Origin: Tubiluchus corallicola
Lineage: Eukaryota > Animalia > Priapulida
Reading direction: 5' to 3'
DNA length: 64,000 bases
NCBI GenBank assembly: GCA_030141605.1
Contig: JAQGDQ010000469.1
Location: 1-64,000 of the forward strand
This document shows, piece after piece, positions 1 to 12,489 of this stretch (position 1 is its first letter; the number at the start of each line of letters is the position of its first letter). Both the position numbers and the translations under genes were made by a program. Under the pieces are notes generated by a model, which had not been told where the DNA came from, ran no database searches, and was given only the letters and a program-made list of their open reading frames with translations.

Positions 1-1574
1 AACACAGAAGTACAGCAAATAAAACACACAAGGCAGAAACACAAAAGTACAGCAAACAAAACACAGAAGTACAGCAAATAAAACACACAAGGGAGAAACA
101 CAGAAGTACAGCAAATAAAACACACAAGGCAGAAACACAAAAGTACAGCAAACAAAACACAGAAGTACAGCAAATAAAACACACAAGGGAGAAACACAGA
201 AGTACAGCAAATAAAACACACAAGGCAGAAACACAGAAGTTCTAGGCACATTCACAGAACAGAAACCAATATGAATCTCTTCGCTGAAATATAGCTTTAA
301 CAGAAACGTTTTAACTTTGCAAATGGAAATATAAAATATATATAATTATACATAAAATTCTTTATTGCCATTGTTATACATACACAGGTATCATATATGC
401 AAGTAAAATGATTATGCAAAACAAGTTAAAAAACAACTGATGTTTGCAATAGTGTTAAAAACAAAATACAAAGTGACATCAAATACAAACATTTCAATAT
501 AAAACTCATCCACGTATTACGAATAATATCAAGCAACCAGCAGTGCATATAAATACATAATACAAATTCAAACGACACAAAGACATAAAAGCATACTTTT
601 CAACATAACAGCCAATACACATAATCTAAAACCAATTGAACCCTACAACATACATAAACATCACGTTAATCGTAATGCAACACACATATTTACATAACTA
701 TTTAAAAACCAATTAAAACTAGTTGTGATTCAAGAAAAAAGAAAGTTTAATGTCAGTTACCTAGATGGCATATGAAACCCACATTGCTATTTACTTCGTC
801 TCCTTTGTTGACCGGTCTGTTATAATTTTATGTAACTTTTTTCAACGAAGTTTGAAAAAACTAGAAATGCAAGTTAGTAGAAATGAGTTTAGATATTATC
901 TGTAGTCTGTAAGATACATAAATACTGATTCAATGATTGTATGCGTGAGCATTGACAAGGTGACATTGCATGTACGTGACATACGATCACAATGAAACGG
1001 AATATGGCGACAATATTTACAACGACCTTACATGCAAATCATCTTATACGTGTATAATATTGCACTTAAGCAATATTATATTTTTGTTACAGTACAAGTT
1101 GGGTTTCTATACTAACATAAAAGCAGTAATGCAGTAATCAATATTTAGGTCCGCCATTATAATGGTGCAGTAACCTTACAATAACTCTGTTTAATGAACG
1201 TATACAGAACCCTGCAGCACTATAATATCCACAAAACATATATGATAGTATGTCAACATGGTAACCACAACACTGCACAATGTATGCTAGCTTTCACAAA
1301 GAAAACTCGGTGAAGCTGTGTACAGGCAGTCGTGGTTGGATTGATATGAATATTTTAACAGGTAATGGCTCTGGAAAGCAAGGACTCACTAATATTTCTA
1401 GTGTGTTGTCATTAGCATTCAGCAAGCACTTAAGGTTTTCAGTGACTTCGTACAGATCACTGGAGCCTTTCACAAAATCCTACGTCGTGTCGTTCCCCTT
1501 GGTATACTTGATTTCCTCGACTCCTCCCGTAAGTGGTAATTATTTGTAACAATTATGGAACTTTTTAGTTAAAA
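1..1574 (+). repeat. Left arm of a long, near-perfect inverted repeat; probably continues beyond the window start
   Basis: Position x mirrors 5528-x. The 89-aa ORFs at 1280-1549(+) and 3979-4248(-) are identical. Identity ends at 1574/3954. Confidence 0.95.
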
Positions 1575-1710
1575 AAACAAAGAAAGGGTTTAAAGATGTC
1601 CTCATATGAAAAAGTTGTACTGTGCGTTGCAAAATTAAATAACATAAAAAACGTTGTTGTTGGGAAAGCCAAAAGCGCTTCATTAAACGCCGCCAAAAGA
1701 AGACAAAGCA

Positions 1711-2818
1711 CAATAACGAAGAGCTCGTTTTGTCATGCAAAAAGTGCATTAACGAAGAGCTCGTTTTATCATTCAAAGGGTACAATAACGAAGAGCTCGT
1801 TTTGTCATGCAAAAAGTGCAATAACGAAGAGCTCGTTTTATCATTCAAAGGGTACAATAACGAAGAGCTCGTTTTGTCATGCAAAAAGTGCAATAACGAA
1901 GAGCTCGTTTTGTCATGCAAAAAGTGCAATAACGAAGAGCTCGTTTTGTCATGCAAAAAATGCAATAATGAAGAGTTCGTTTTGTCATGCAAAAAGTATA
2001 ATAACGAAGAGCTCGTTTTGTCATGCAAAAAGTGCAATAACGAAGAGCTCGTTTTGTCATGCAAAAGGTACAATAACGAAGAGCTCGTTTTGTCCTGCAA
2101 AAAGTACAATAACGAAGAGCTCGTTTTGTCATGCAAAAAGTACAATTAGGAAGAGCTCGTTTTGTCATGCAAAGAGTGCAATAAGGAAGAGCTCGTTTTG
2201 TCATGCAAAAAGTACAACAGCGAGCAGCTCGTTTTGTCATGCAAAAAGTACAATAAGGAAGAGCTCGTTTTGTCATGCAAAAAGCACAATAAGGAAGAGT
2301 TCGTTTTGTCATGCAAAATTTACAATAAAGAAGAGCTCGTTTTGTCATGCAAAAGTTACAATAAGGAAGAGCTCGTTTTGTTATGCAAAAAGTACAATAA
2401 GGAAGACCTCGTTTTGTCATGCAAAAAGTACAATAACGAAGAGTTCGTTTTGTCGTGCAAAAAGTACAATTAGGAAGAGCTCGTTTTGTCATGCAAAAAG
2501 TACAATAACGAAGAGCTCGTTTTGTCATGCAAAAGGTACAATAACGAAGAGCTCGTTTTGTCATGCAAAAAGTACAATAACAAAGAGCTCGTTTTGTCAT
2601 GCAAAAAGTACAATAACGAAGAGCTCGTTTTGTCATGCAAAAAGTACAATAACGAAGAGCTCGTTTTGTCATGCAAAAGGTACAATAACGAAGAGCTCGT
2701 TTTGTCATGCAAAAAGTACAATAACAAAGAGCTCATTTTGTCATGTAAAAAGTACAATAACGAAGAGCTCGTTTTGTCATGCAAAAAGTACAATAACGAA
2801 GAGCTCGTTTTGTCATGC
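1711..2818. repeat. 36-bp minisatellite, ~31 copies
   Basis: Unit GAAGAGCTCGTTTTGTCATGCAAAAAGTACAATAAC; 12-aa periodicity in several frames. Confidence 0.97.
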
Positions 2819-3272
2819 ATATGCAGAGAAAATAACTTGCAAAGTTATTCTAAAATAACAAAGTACTACAAACGCTATTTTCCTCCTTATTAAAAATCTT
2901 TATTTGTCAATTTAAGAAACAGGTGAAAACAATAAAATCATCTGAAGTTCATCATTCAGTGATAATGATTAAAACCAACACTGGTTAAGTGTTGAGTAAT
3001 TGAATAATTAGCTTGGAAAGTTAATTAACGGCAAACGAACACAGCTATCGCTTATGTCACAAACTAACCACAGTTTGTGCAATGGTAGGCATCCACCCTG
3101 CGCGTCAAGCACGTTTGTGTAAGCGAAAATTGCTTCACAAACGAACACGGCAGGTCATGACCATGCTTATCATGGCACAGCGCCTATTTGTCGGCCACGC
3201 GAATGTGACATAAAGGCGCCATTGCCAGTCTTAGTGGATTCGCTGAGCCGCTCATAGCTTTGAAAGTTTTAA

Positions 3273-3955
3273 AAGGCAAGAAAAGTGGTACCTGAAGTAC
3301 GTTTCAGAAAAATCGCCTTACTTCGCAGCAATTTTATGCGTATTTTATGTACTCGCGTTGAAAGGATTTTCGTTTGTTTTCATTTTAAATCTCCCGCAAT
3401 ACTGCTCCGACCGTGCCATTACATGACGTCATGTAGGTAAAACGTAAATCAGGGGAAGAAAAGTACATGTTAAACTATGTCCCAAAAAACTTTCCCTGCA
3501 AAATTACTTAGCATTTCACTTACCTGCTTGAAAGACTTACGTAACTAGAAGAAAAATTAATTATTGGAAATGCTTTCACCAATTGGTAAAATGTCGCTGA
3601 CTCACCCTCCAGGGTGCACCACTCGCTAACCAAAAACGTATTTTAATCTCAGCGACAAGATACAGTAATTTTAAATTTTATTTAGTTAGTGACGTGTGCG
3701 CAACGAATGCTTGATTATTTTTTCAAACTTTACACAATGTTATCTAAAGTCATTTCAAATGAACTGTCGTCAAAATGACCGTCTAACGGTCATCGTGTGA
3801 ATTTAAATTTACATGTTTTATACAGCGTTATTACCGACGCAAGTCTAATATGCAGAAAGGCAGTATGTAAGTGGTAACAAATTTCAAAACGATTTTTTAT
3901 GTTTTAGAACATACTTTATTTTGAACTAATGTCTACACAATCGTCCGGTTTTCTT
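3273..3955 (+). mobile_element. Non-autonomous TTAA-flanked DNA transposon (Kolobok-like), copy 1
   Basis: TTAA then AAGGCAAGAAAAG at the left; CGGTTTTCTT then TTAA at the right. Homologous to 29253-29885(-), 35140-35935(+) and a fragment at 52597-52665. Confidence 0.6.
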
Positions 3956-5527
3956 TTAACTAAAAAGTTCCATAATTGTTACAAATAATTACCACTTACG
4001 GGAGGAGTCGAGGAAATCAAGTATACCAAGGGGAACGACACGACGTAGGATTTTGTGAAAGGCTCCAGTGATCTGTACGAAGTCACTGAAAACCTTAAGT
4101 GCTTGCTGAATGCTAATGACAACACACTAGAAATATTAGTGAGTCCTTGCTTTCCAGAGCCATTACCTGTTAAAATATTCATATCAATCCAACCACGACT
4201 GCCTGTACACAGCTTCACCGAGTTTTCTTTGTGAAAGCTAGCATACATTGTGCAGTGTTGTGGTTACCATGTTGACATACTATCATATATGTTTTGTGGA
4301 TATTATAGTGCTGCAGGGTTCTGTATACGTTCATTAAACAGAGTTATTGTAAGGTTACTGCACCATTATAATGGCGGACCTAAATATTGATTACTGCATT
4401 ACTGCTTTTATGTTAGTATAGAAACCCAACTTGTACTGTAACAAAAATATAATATTGCTTAAGTGCAATATTATACACGTATAAGATGATTTGCATGTAA
4501 GGTCGTTGTAAATATTGTCGCCATATTCCGTTTCATTGTGATCGTATGTCACGTACATGCAATGTCACCTTGTCAATGCTCACGCATACAATCATTGAAT
4601 CAGTATTTATGTATCTTACAGACTACAGATAATATCTAAACTCATTTCTACTAACTTGCATTTCTAGTTTTTTCAAACTTCGTTGAAAAAAGTTACATAA
4701 AATTATAACAGACCGGTCAACAAAGGAGACGAAGTAAATAGCAATGTGGGTTTCATATGCCATCTAGGTAACTGACATTAAACTTTCTTTTTTCTTGAAT
4801 CACAACTAGTTTTAATTGGTTTTTAAATAGTTATGTAAATATGTGTGTTGCATTACGATTAACGTGATGTTTATGTATGTTGTAGGGTTCAATTGGTTTT
4901 AGATTATGTGTATTGGCTGTTATGTTGAAAAGTATGCTTTTATGTCTTTGTGTCGTTTGAATTTGTATTATGTATTTATATGCACTGCTGGTTGCTTGAT
5001 ATTATTCGTAATACGTGGATGAGTTTTATATTGAAATGTTTGTATTTGATGTCACTTTGTATTTTGTTTTTAACACTATTGCAAACATCAGTTGTTTTTT
5101 AACTTGTTTTGCATAATCATTTTACTTGCATATATGATACCTGTGTATGTATAACAATGGCAATAAAGAATTTTATGTATAATTATATATATTTTATATT
5201 TCCATTTGCAAAGTTAAAACGTTTCTGTTAAAGCTATATTTCAGCGAAGAGATTCATATTGGTTTCTGTTCTGTGAATGTGCCTAGAACTTCTGTGTTTC
5301 TGCCTTGTGTGTTTTATTTGCTGTACTTCTGTGTTTCTCCCTTGTGTGTTTTATTTGCTGTACTTCTGTGTTTTGTTTGCTGTACTTTTGTGTTTCTGCC
5401 TTGTGTGTTTTATTTGCTGTACTTCTGTGTTTCTCCCTTGTGTGTTTTATTTGCTGTACTTCTGTGTTTTGTTTGCTGTACTTTTGTGTTTCTGCCTTGT
5501 GTGTTTTGTTTGCTGTACTTCTGTGTT
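3954..5527 (-). repeat. Right arm of the long inverted repeat
   Basis: Reverse complement of 1-1574. The only mismatch seen in the segments checked is at ~5508, inside the minisatellite part. Confidence 0.95.
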
Positions 5528-5800
5528 TTATTTGCTGTACATCTGTGTTTCTTCCTTGTGTGTTTTATTTGCTGTACATCTGTGTTTCTCCGGTGTGTGT
5601 TTTTTTGCTGTGCCTTTTGTGTTTCTCCCTCGTGTGTTTTATTTCCCGTACTTCTGTGTTTCACCCTTGTGTGCTTTATTTGCTGTACTTCTGTGTTTTT
5701 GTTATGTGTGTTTTTTGCTGTATTTCTGTGTTTCTCTCGTGTGAGTTTTATTTGCCTGACTTCCGTGTTTTTCGTTTGTGTGTTTTATTAGCCATATTTC
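5288..5800. repeat. Compound TG-rich minisatellite (~37/21-bp units), mirrored at 1-240
   Basis: Repeated TTGCTGTACTTCTGTGTTT and CCTTGTGTGTTTTAT blocks. Confidence 0.9.
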
Positions 5801-5884
5801 TGTGTTTTTACAAGCTTGTACCCTTTTTTGCGATATCTTTATGTGTGTTAGTAATACAAAAAAACTCCTGAAAATAATTTGGTA

Positions 5885-6115
5885 GTTTTATTAATTCCTT
5901 GTGATTTTTTCTCTTTTTGCTTTTTTCTTCACCAAAGAAGAACTTCGGTGGTAGTTTGAAACGTCGTACCCTTTCTTTCTCTTTCTACATTGCTTAGCAT
6001 GTATATACATCAGAATAGGGCTAAGCCACTCATGCTGTTCTCGACTCTCAACATTGTTTTTTTTAATTGTGGGATTTTTGTAATTCATTGTCACTATTCT
6101 TGTTATTAAGATTTA
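5885..6115 (+). mobile_element. Partial copy of the palindromic MITE at 34330-34670, carrying an inverted satellite monomer
   Basis: CTTGTGATTTTTT...GTGGTAGTT(T/C)GAAAC...TTAATTGT matches 34526-34670. Confidence 0.6.
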
Positions 6116-6399
6116 ATCATTGTAATATTTTAGTATTAAAAAGTTTTGTGTTATTAATTATAAACACTCTTTTTTACAATAACCTACTAGACCGGCACTT
6201 GGTGCTTTTTTAGTCTCTAATTTTAATAATTTGTATTAATTTTGTAAATATGTGATGTCATTTGTATGTAGACTATCGCTCAAATATATTTGCACCTCTT
6301 TTATACTTTGTTTATTTTGTATTTCACTTGTATTGATCAGATTACGATTTAAATTAATAAATAAAAACAAGTAATTCTTTAAGATGTGACACTGATCCT

Positions 6400-7669
6400 G
6401 CATGTGTGGCGTGGCCCTATTCTGATGTATATACATAAGCAATGTAGAGAGTCGAGAACAGCATGTGTGGCTTAGCCCTGTTCTGATGTACATACATGCT
6501 AAGCAATGTAGAGAGTCGAGAACAGCATGTGTGACTTGGCCATGTTCTGATGTATATACATTCTAAGCAATGTAGAGAGTCGAGAACAGCATGTGTGGCT
6601 TAGCCCTGTTCTGATGTATATACATTCTAAGCAATGTAGAGAGTCGAGAACAGCATGTGTGGCTTAGCCCTGTTCTGATGTACATACATGCTAAGCAATG
6701 TAGAGAGTCGAGAACAGCATGTGTGACTTGGTCCTGTTCTGATGTATATACATGCTAAACAATGTAGAGAGTCGAGAACAGCATGTGTGTTTTGGCCCTG
6801 TTCTGATGTATACACATGCCAAGCAATGTAGAGAGTCGAGAACAGCATGTGTGGCTTGGCCATGTTCTGATGTATATACATGCTAAGCAATGTAGAAAGT
6901 CGAGAACAGCATGTGTGGCTTGGTCCTGTTCTGATGTATATACAAGCTAAGCAATGTAGAGAGTCGAGAACAGCATGTGTGGCTTGGCCCTGTTCTGATG
7001 TATATACATGGTAAGCAATGTAGAGAGTCGAGAACAGCATGAGTGGCTTGGCCCTGTTCTGATGTATATAATGTAGAGAGTCGAGAACAGCATGTGTGTT
7101 TTGGCCCTGTTCTGATGTATACACATGCCAAGCAATGTAGAGAGTCGAGAACAGCATGTGTGGCTTGGCAATGTTCTGATGTATATACATGCTAAGCAAT
7201 GTGGAAAGTCGAGAACAGCATGTGTGGCTTGGTCCTGTTCTGATGTATATACAAGCTAAGCAATGTAGAGAGTCGAGAACAGCATGTGTGGCTTGGCCAT
7301 GTTCTGATGTATATACACGCTATGCAATGTAGAGAGTCGAGAACAGCATGTGTGACTTGGTCCTATTCTGGTGTATATACATGCTAAACAATGTAGAGAG
7401 TCGAGAACAGCATGTGTGTCTTAGCCCTATTCTGATGCATATACATGCTAAGCAATGTAGAGAGTCGAGAACAGCATGTGTGGCTTGGCAATGTTCTGAT
7501 GTATATACATGCTAAGCAATGTGGAAAGTCTAGAACAGCATGTGTGGCTTGGCCCTAATCTGATGTATATACATGCTATGCAATGTAGCGAGTCGAGAAC
7601 AGCGTGTGTGGCTTGGCCATGTTCTGATGTACATACATGCTAAGCAATGTAGAGAGTCGAGAACAGCAT
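6400..7669. repeat. 64-bp minisatellite, ~20 copies
   Basis: Unit AAGCAATGTAGAGAGTCGAGAACAGCATGTGTGGCTTAGCCCTGTTCTGATGTATATACATGCT; unit starts at 6501, 6565 and onward. Confidence 0.97.
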
Positions 7670-7818
7670 GGCAGGCAGATATACATTTGCTTATACAGAC
7701 CCTTGCTGACCTTCGGTATTAATCTGTCGGCGAATTCCGCCCTTCCCTCACCAAACACGTTTATTTATTTGGTTTATTATTTGTCTTTGTTTATGTATTT
7801 GACTTATTATTTTGCTCA

Positions 7819-7958
7819 CTGACAGCTGACGTTCATGCTGAAAATCAATACTTAATGCTTGCCGAGCTGCTTGGTTTGCTTCCACTGAGGCCTCTATGAC
7901 ATGATCGTAAAACTTTAATAGTTCCACCGTTTGCTTGTGATTCAAATCAAAGTTTGTG
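7819..7958 (-). CDS. Possible isolated internal exon of an unidentified gene
   Basis: Open frame ...VELLKFYDHVIEASVEANQAARQALSIDFQHERQLS, bounded by TTTAAG| and |GTGAGC on the minus strand. Confidence 0.3.
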
Positions 7959-8061
7959 CTTAAATAGGTTTATTGGCTTCAAACGGAAAACAAACTGCCA
8001 TAAATTTACAAGTGGTTTGATAAAGGATGATTTTAGTGCATTTGATAATAGGTGTGTAATA

Positions 8062-8134
8062 ATGATGATGACGATGACGATGATGCTGACGATGATGATC
8101 TTTATTTAAAGTCGGCTTTTGGCTGAAAGATAAT

Positions 8135-8195
<61 letters not shown>

Positions 8196-8352
8196 GCTAC
8201 CACTACCACTACCACTACTACACTACATAAAAGAGACTATTAACTCGCTTTAACCCTAAATATCTGTCGCGAGGTTGGGCAACAGCAGGTACCATTTTTA
8301 AAGTCTTTTGCATGACCGGGCTCAGTATCGAACTCACAACCTTCCGGACGAT
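8062..8352 (-). mobile_element. tRNA-derived SINE (MetaSINE-like core), degraded, interrupted by (TAC)n
   Basis: On the minus strand: B-box-like GAGTTCGATAC, core AAGACTTTAAAAATGGTACCTGCTG, and tail AAAGCCGACTTTAAATAAAG-(ATC)n. Homologous to 33455-33700. Confidence 0.65.
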
Positions 8353-8749
8353 TCCATTTGATGACTTTACGATAAGTGCATGCTTCAGAGATCTTGAGTA
8401 GCCTTAAGCCACAATAATAATATTACAGTAAAGCTTTCGTTATATCTGGAGTCACACGTAGGCTTATAGTTTCAACTTACATGGGAAATTTCGCGGAAAG
8501 AAATAAGAATCTTGAGTATTGTATAACAGGAAAGCCTTAATGACTATGGTAAATTTTGTGTCGTTTCTTTGAAAACAAATAAGTAGTTATAGGTAGCGTG
8601 ACTAAAACGACGCCTCTCTCTCATTAGGATATTATCCTTGCAATGTTCAGCCATTAACCTCGTTTCGCTGTGCTATTATTAGTTGAAAACACTTTTCATT
8701 TACCTAAATTTCGTACTCTCTGAAAGACCACTGTCTGAATGAACTACAC

Positions 8750-9168
8750 TGTTAAAAATAACGGGTTTTTAAAGAGATTGAAAAGGGTTTGCTAGCACAA
8801 AAACCCTTTTCTTGCAAAAAATCTTTAAAAAACCTGTTGTCTTTACTGAGTATTTAAAATAATGGGCTTTTAGAGTTTGAAAAGGGTTTGTGGTTTGCTA
8901 CCACAAAAACCCATTTCTTGCAAAAAAAATTGTAAAAAACCTGTTGTTTTTACAGAGTATTTAAATTAATGGGTTTTTAAAGAGTTTGAAAAGGGTTTGC
9001 TACCACAAAAACCCATTTCTTGCAAAAAAAATTGTAAAAAAAAAACCTGTTGCTTTTACAGAGTATTTAAAATAATGGTTTTTTAAAGAGTTTGAAAAGG
9101 GTTTGCTACCACAAAAACCCTTTTCTTGCAAAAAAATCTTTAAAAAACCTATTGCTTTTACAGAGTAT
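8750..9168. repeat. ~120-bp tandem repeat, ~3.5 copies
   Basis: Recurrent AAAAGGGTTTGCTACCACAAAAACCC...CTTGCAAAAAAA...ACAGAGTATTTAAA. Confidence 0.85.
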
Positions 9169-9454
9169 GCTTTCTTTGTAAACCGACAATGATTATACAT
9201 CTAACAGAAAACCTAAAGTTTTACTGTCAGAAATGTGAAGAAATGCCTGTAGTTTGAATATTTTTTATAATTTCGCTTGATGTTTGTAGTTTGACTATAA
9301 AAATTAAGTCGATTGCAATTCTGGTGTAATCAAGCCGCAACTGTCAAGTTTCAGGGTGTCAGGAATAATAGTAGCATTAACCATATTTGGCAAAAACTGG
9401 AAAAAAGAGATAAAAACGAAAATGAAATGAATTTCGATTTTCTTTTCTACGACT

Positions 9455-9670
<216 letters not shown>

Positions 9671-9764
9671 TGTTGTTGTGTTGTTGTCGTCGCCGTCATC
9701 ATCCGAAACATAATTAAACTTACCATTGTCTCTTAGCGTAACGATTTGGATTTTAAACAATAAT

Positions 9765-10016
9765 TATAGGTTTTACACGTCAAATGTACACACAGGAAAG
9801 TTCAAATGTGACTTAGGTAAGTCAAATGTAGACATAGGACATTTGACTTGACATGTGTCTACATTTGACTTACCAAAAACGCTTAAGATTTGTTGAAAAC
9901 CATTGTTAACACATTTGAACTACCTAAGTCTACATTTGAGTTACCAAGACACATTTGAATTACCTAAATCTACATTTGCGTTAACGCAGGTCTACATTTG
10001 ACGTGTAAAACCTATA
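9765..10016. mobile_element. MITE with terminal inverted repeats
   Basis: TATAGGTTTTACACGTCAAATGTA...TACATTTGACGTGTAAAACCTATA, with internal ACATTTGA subrepeats. Confidence 0.85.
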
Positions 10017-10051
10017 TAATAATTATAATTATTATAATTAACAATAATAAA

Positions 10052-10153
<102 letters not shown>

Positions 10154-10603
10154 CATTATTATTATTAGACCAGTAACAATGGCTCACACTATCGCCCCAC
10201 ACTGCCTCCTACAGACAGCCCCTACAGCCCTAACATATCCTTCCTTTATATCAATTTCTGTTATTGTTGAAAATAACTTTTAAAAAGACAGTAAATTTGT
10301 TAAACGTTTAAATATTGTTTTTTTTTTAGTTTTTGGGAACACCGTACAAAATTGATGGTGGACTCAGTACTTGGAGCCGCGTTACAGTATACTACAAGGT
10401 CATGAAATTTTGAGGTTTCGACGTGCTTACAGCCTCAACATCACTGAGTCTGTTTCCTAGCTCCCGTCTGTTTTACACCAAGAATAGTCAATGATAAAAT
10501 GGTGATTCAGTAACCAGCAATAACACTACTTATAACGTTACTACCTCGGAGACTTGTTCTTTCCACTATCTGCTACATTTCTGGCGAACACGCCCGGGAA
10601 TAA

Positions 10604-11617
10604 ATGTCGCATACTACCATTGCTCTACTCTGGGATACGTGTGCATACAGGCCTGGCGCATACATCAGTGTGCGTTTAATAATGACTGATTTTTTCTGGT
10701 CAATTGTGCTAAATGGGTCAGGTCAGCTGTACGGCTGGCAAGTGATTATAGAGACGCTTATTGTCATCATTGTGACGCTTGGCATCATCATTGGCAATAT
10801 TCTAGTAATAGCTGTCATGATGACGACACACGGACTCAATGACGTCATCGGCTACTACATCGTCTCGCTATCAGCTGCTGATTTATTGTGTGGCATATTC
10901 GTTACACCGCTATCAGTATACCCTGCTATAGTACAACGTTGGGTATATGGAGAACTGATCTGCAAGGCGGAATCGTTCTTGCAGATTGTTTTGTGGAGTG
11001 TAAGTGTTTACACGTTTATGTGGGTTAGTGTAGATCGGTACCTCGCCACGAGAAAACCATCAAAATACGAAGCTACTTCCACAATTCAGAGGTGTAAGTG
11101 TTGGATAGCGTTTACCTGGTTGACATCCATTATACTGTGTTGCCCACCGTTGTTTGGTTACTCAAGAGCTATGTATTATACTGAAGCATCAATTTGCTTG
11201 CTAGACTGGGGTTTTATACCAGCATACTCAATAACATTAGGTTTTTTAGTTGTAACCCCTAGTTTAATAACAGTCGTGTATTCATACTGTTTCATCTATT
11301 CAAAGTTGCACGAGTATAAGTGCATGAATGATGAAGAAAAGAAGGCGTGTGATTGGGCGCCCGTTAATGAACCGCCCTATGGCAATGCTGATCACAACTT
11401 GTGCTTTGTGCTAACTTTAGTTTACGTGCTTAGTTGGTTGCCGTGGTTATGTTTGCAGGCGTACGAGGGCGCCAATGGGGCAGTGAGTAATCCACTACTT
11501 CATTTTTTCACTATGTGGGCTGCTCTGACTGGCTGTTTCTGGAAATTCGTTGTCCTGCTAGCAATGAACTCAAAATTTCGCAAAGGGTTAAAATATCTAT
11601 GTGAGAATGACAGCTAA
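10604..11617 (+). CDS. Class A (rhodopsin-like) orphan GPCR, GPR21/GPR52-like, single coding exon; the true start may be the Met at 10682
   Basis: Seven hydrophobic segments; GN in TM1, LSAAD in TM2, W...C in ECL1/TM3, SVDRY, W...PPLFG in TM4, SWLP in TM6, and a helix-8 NSKFRKGL. Confidence 0.92.
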   Translation: MSHTTIALLWDTCAYRPGAYISVRLIMTDFFWSIVLNGSGQLYGWQVIIETLIVIIVTLGIIIGNILVIAVMMTTHGLNDVIGYYIVSLSAADLLCGIFVTPLSVYPAIVQRWVYGELICKAESFLQIVLWSVSVYTFMWVSVDRYLATRKPSKYEATSTIQRCKCWIAFTWLTSIILCCPPLFGYSRAMYYTEASICLLDWGFIPAYSITLGFLVVTPSLITVVYSYCFIYSKLHEYKCMNDEEKKACDWAPVNEPPYGNADHNLCFVLTLVYVLSWLPWLCLQAYEGANGAVSNPLLHFFTMWAALTGCFWKFVVLLAMNSKFRKGLKYLCENDS

Positions 11618-12489
11618 CCTGACACTGTGTGACGCTAAAAAACATCATCATCATCATACGCCCGTCACGTCTATTGTAGACATTGGGCAGACAGAATTCT
11701 AAAATAAAAGAAATCTGCCTTCGGACAGGTAAACGCGGCAGTAATCCAGCAAAAAAACTAGACACTGCGGAGTTATTGTTGTTAGGCAACATGGGCAATC
11801 ATTTTTCAAGTGTACATGGGGAGCTTTGTAACTGCTGCAGTAATGGAGAATTTGAAGTGTTTACTGCTTCAGTTCGAGTAAAAGTATTTACTTCTACTCT
11901 CTCTTAAATTCATTTTCATTTTTGAAGCTTTTTAGGTAAGGGTCTAATACTAGCCATTGATATGAAGAGCAATAAGACATTCTTACTGACACAAACAATC
12001 ATTACTGCTTATCTTCTATGTAGGCAGAAGTTTTTTTTAGGTAGGACGTTAACATCAGTTAAATTTCTATGGCCGTTTCTCTCCCCACTATTTAAATAAA
12101 TGTGTTATTGTTACTATTAATTGTGTGTCTGTAAAAATAGATTGGTTTTTAATGATTATTGCTGTCTAGTTTCATAGGCACTTTAGGAAAGTAAATAAAA
12201 TATAAATAAATTATTTAAAAACTGTGCGCATGCGATTTGAAATCATTTTTGTTGTTGTTATTGTTTCTACGGATGTAGAGTTAGTAAAAATTTATCCATT
12301 TCGAGTCCCAGTCACAATAGGACATATTATAAGTGTTACATATGATAAGCTACAAACAAAAATACGCTACAGGAATGATAATAAATAGCTTTAAATCACT
12401 GATTTCTATATTAACGGCAACGTCAATGCAGCAACATACAAGACCTAATAACCAACAATAATGCTACTAATAACATTGCTACCACAGTG

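Noticed and set aside
1711-2818. 36-bp repeat containing GTTTT, superficially like a type II CRISPR repeat
   Set aside because: Units are contiguous with no unique spacers, there are no cas genes, and the context is eukaryotic.
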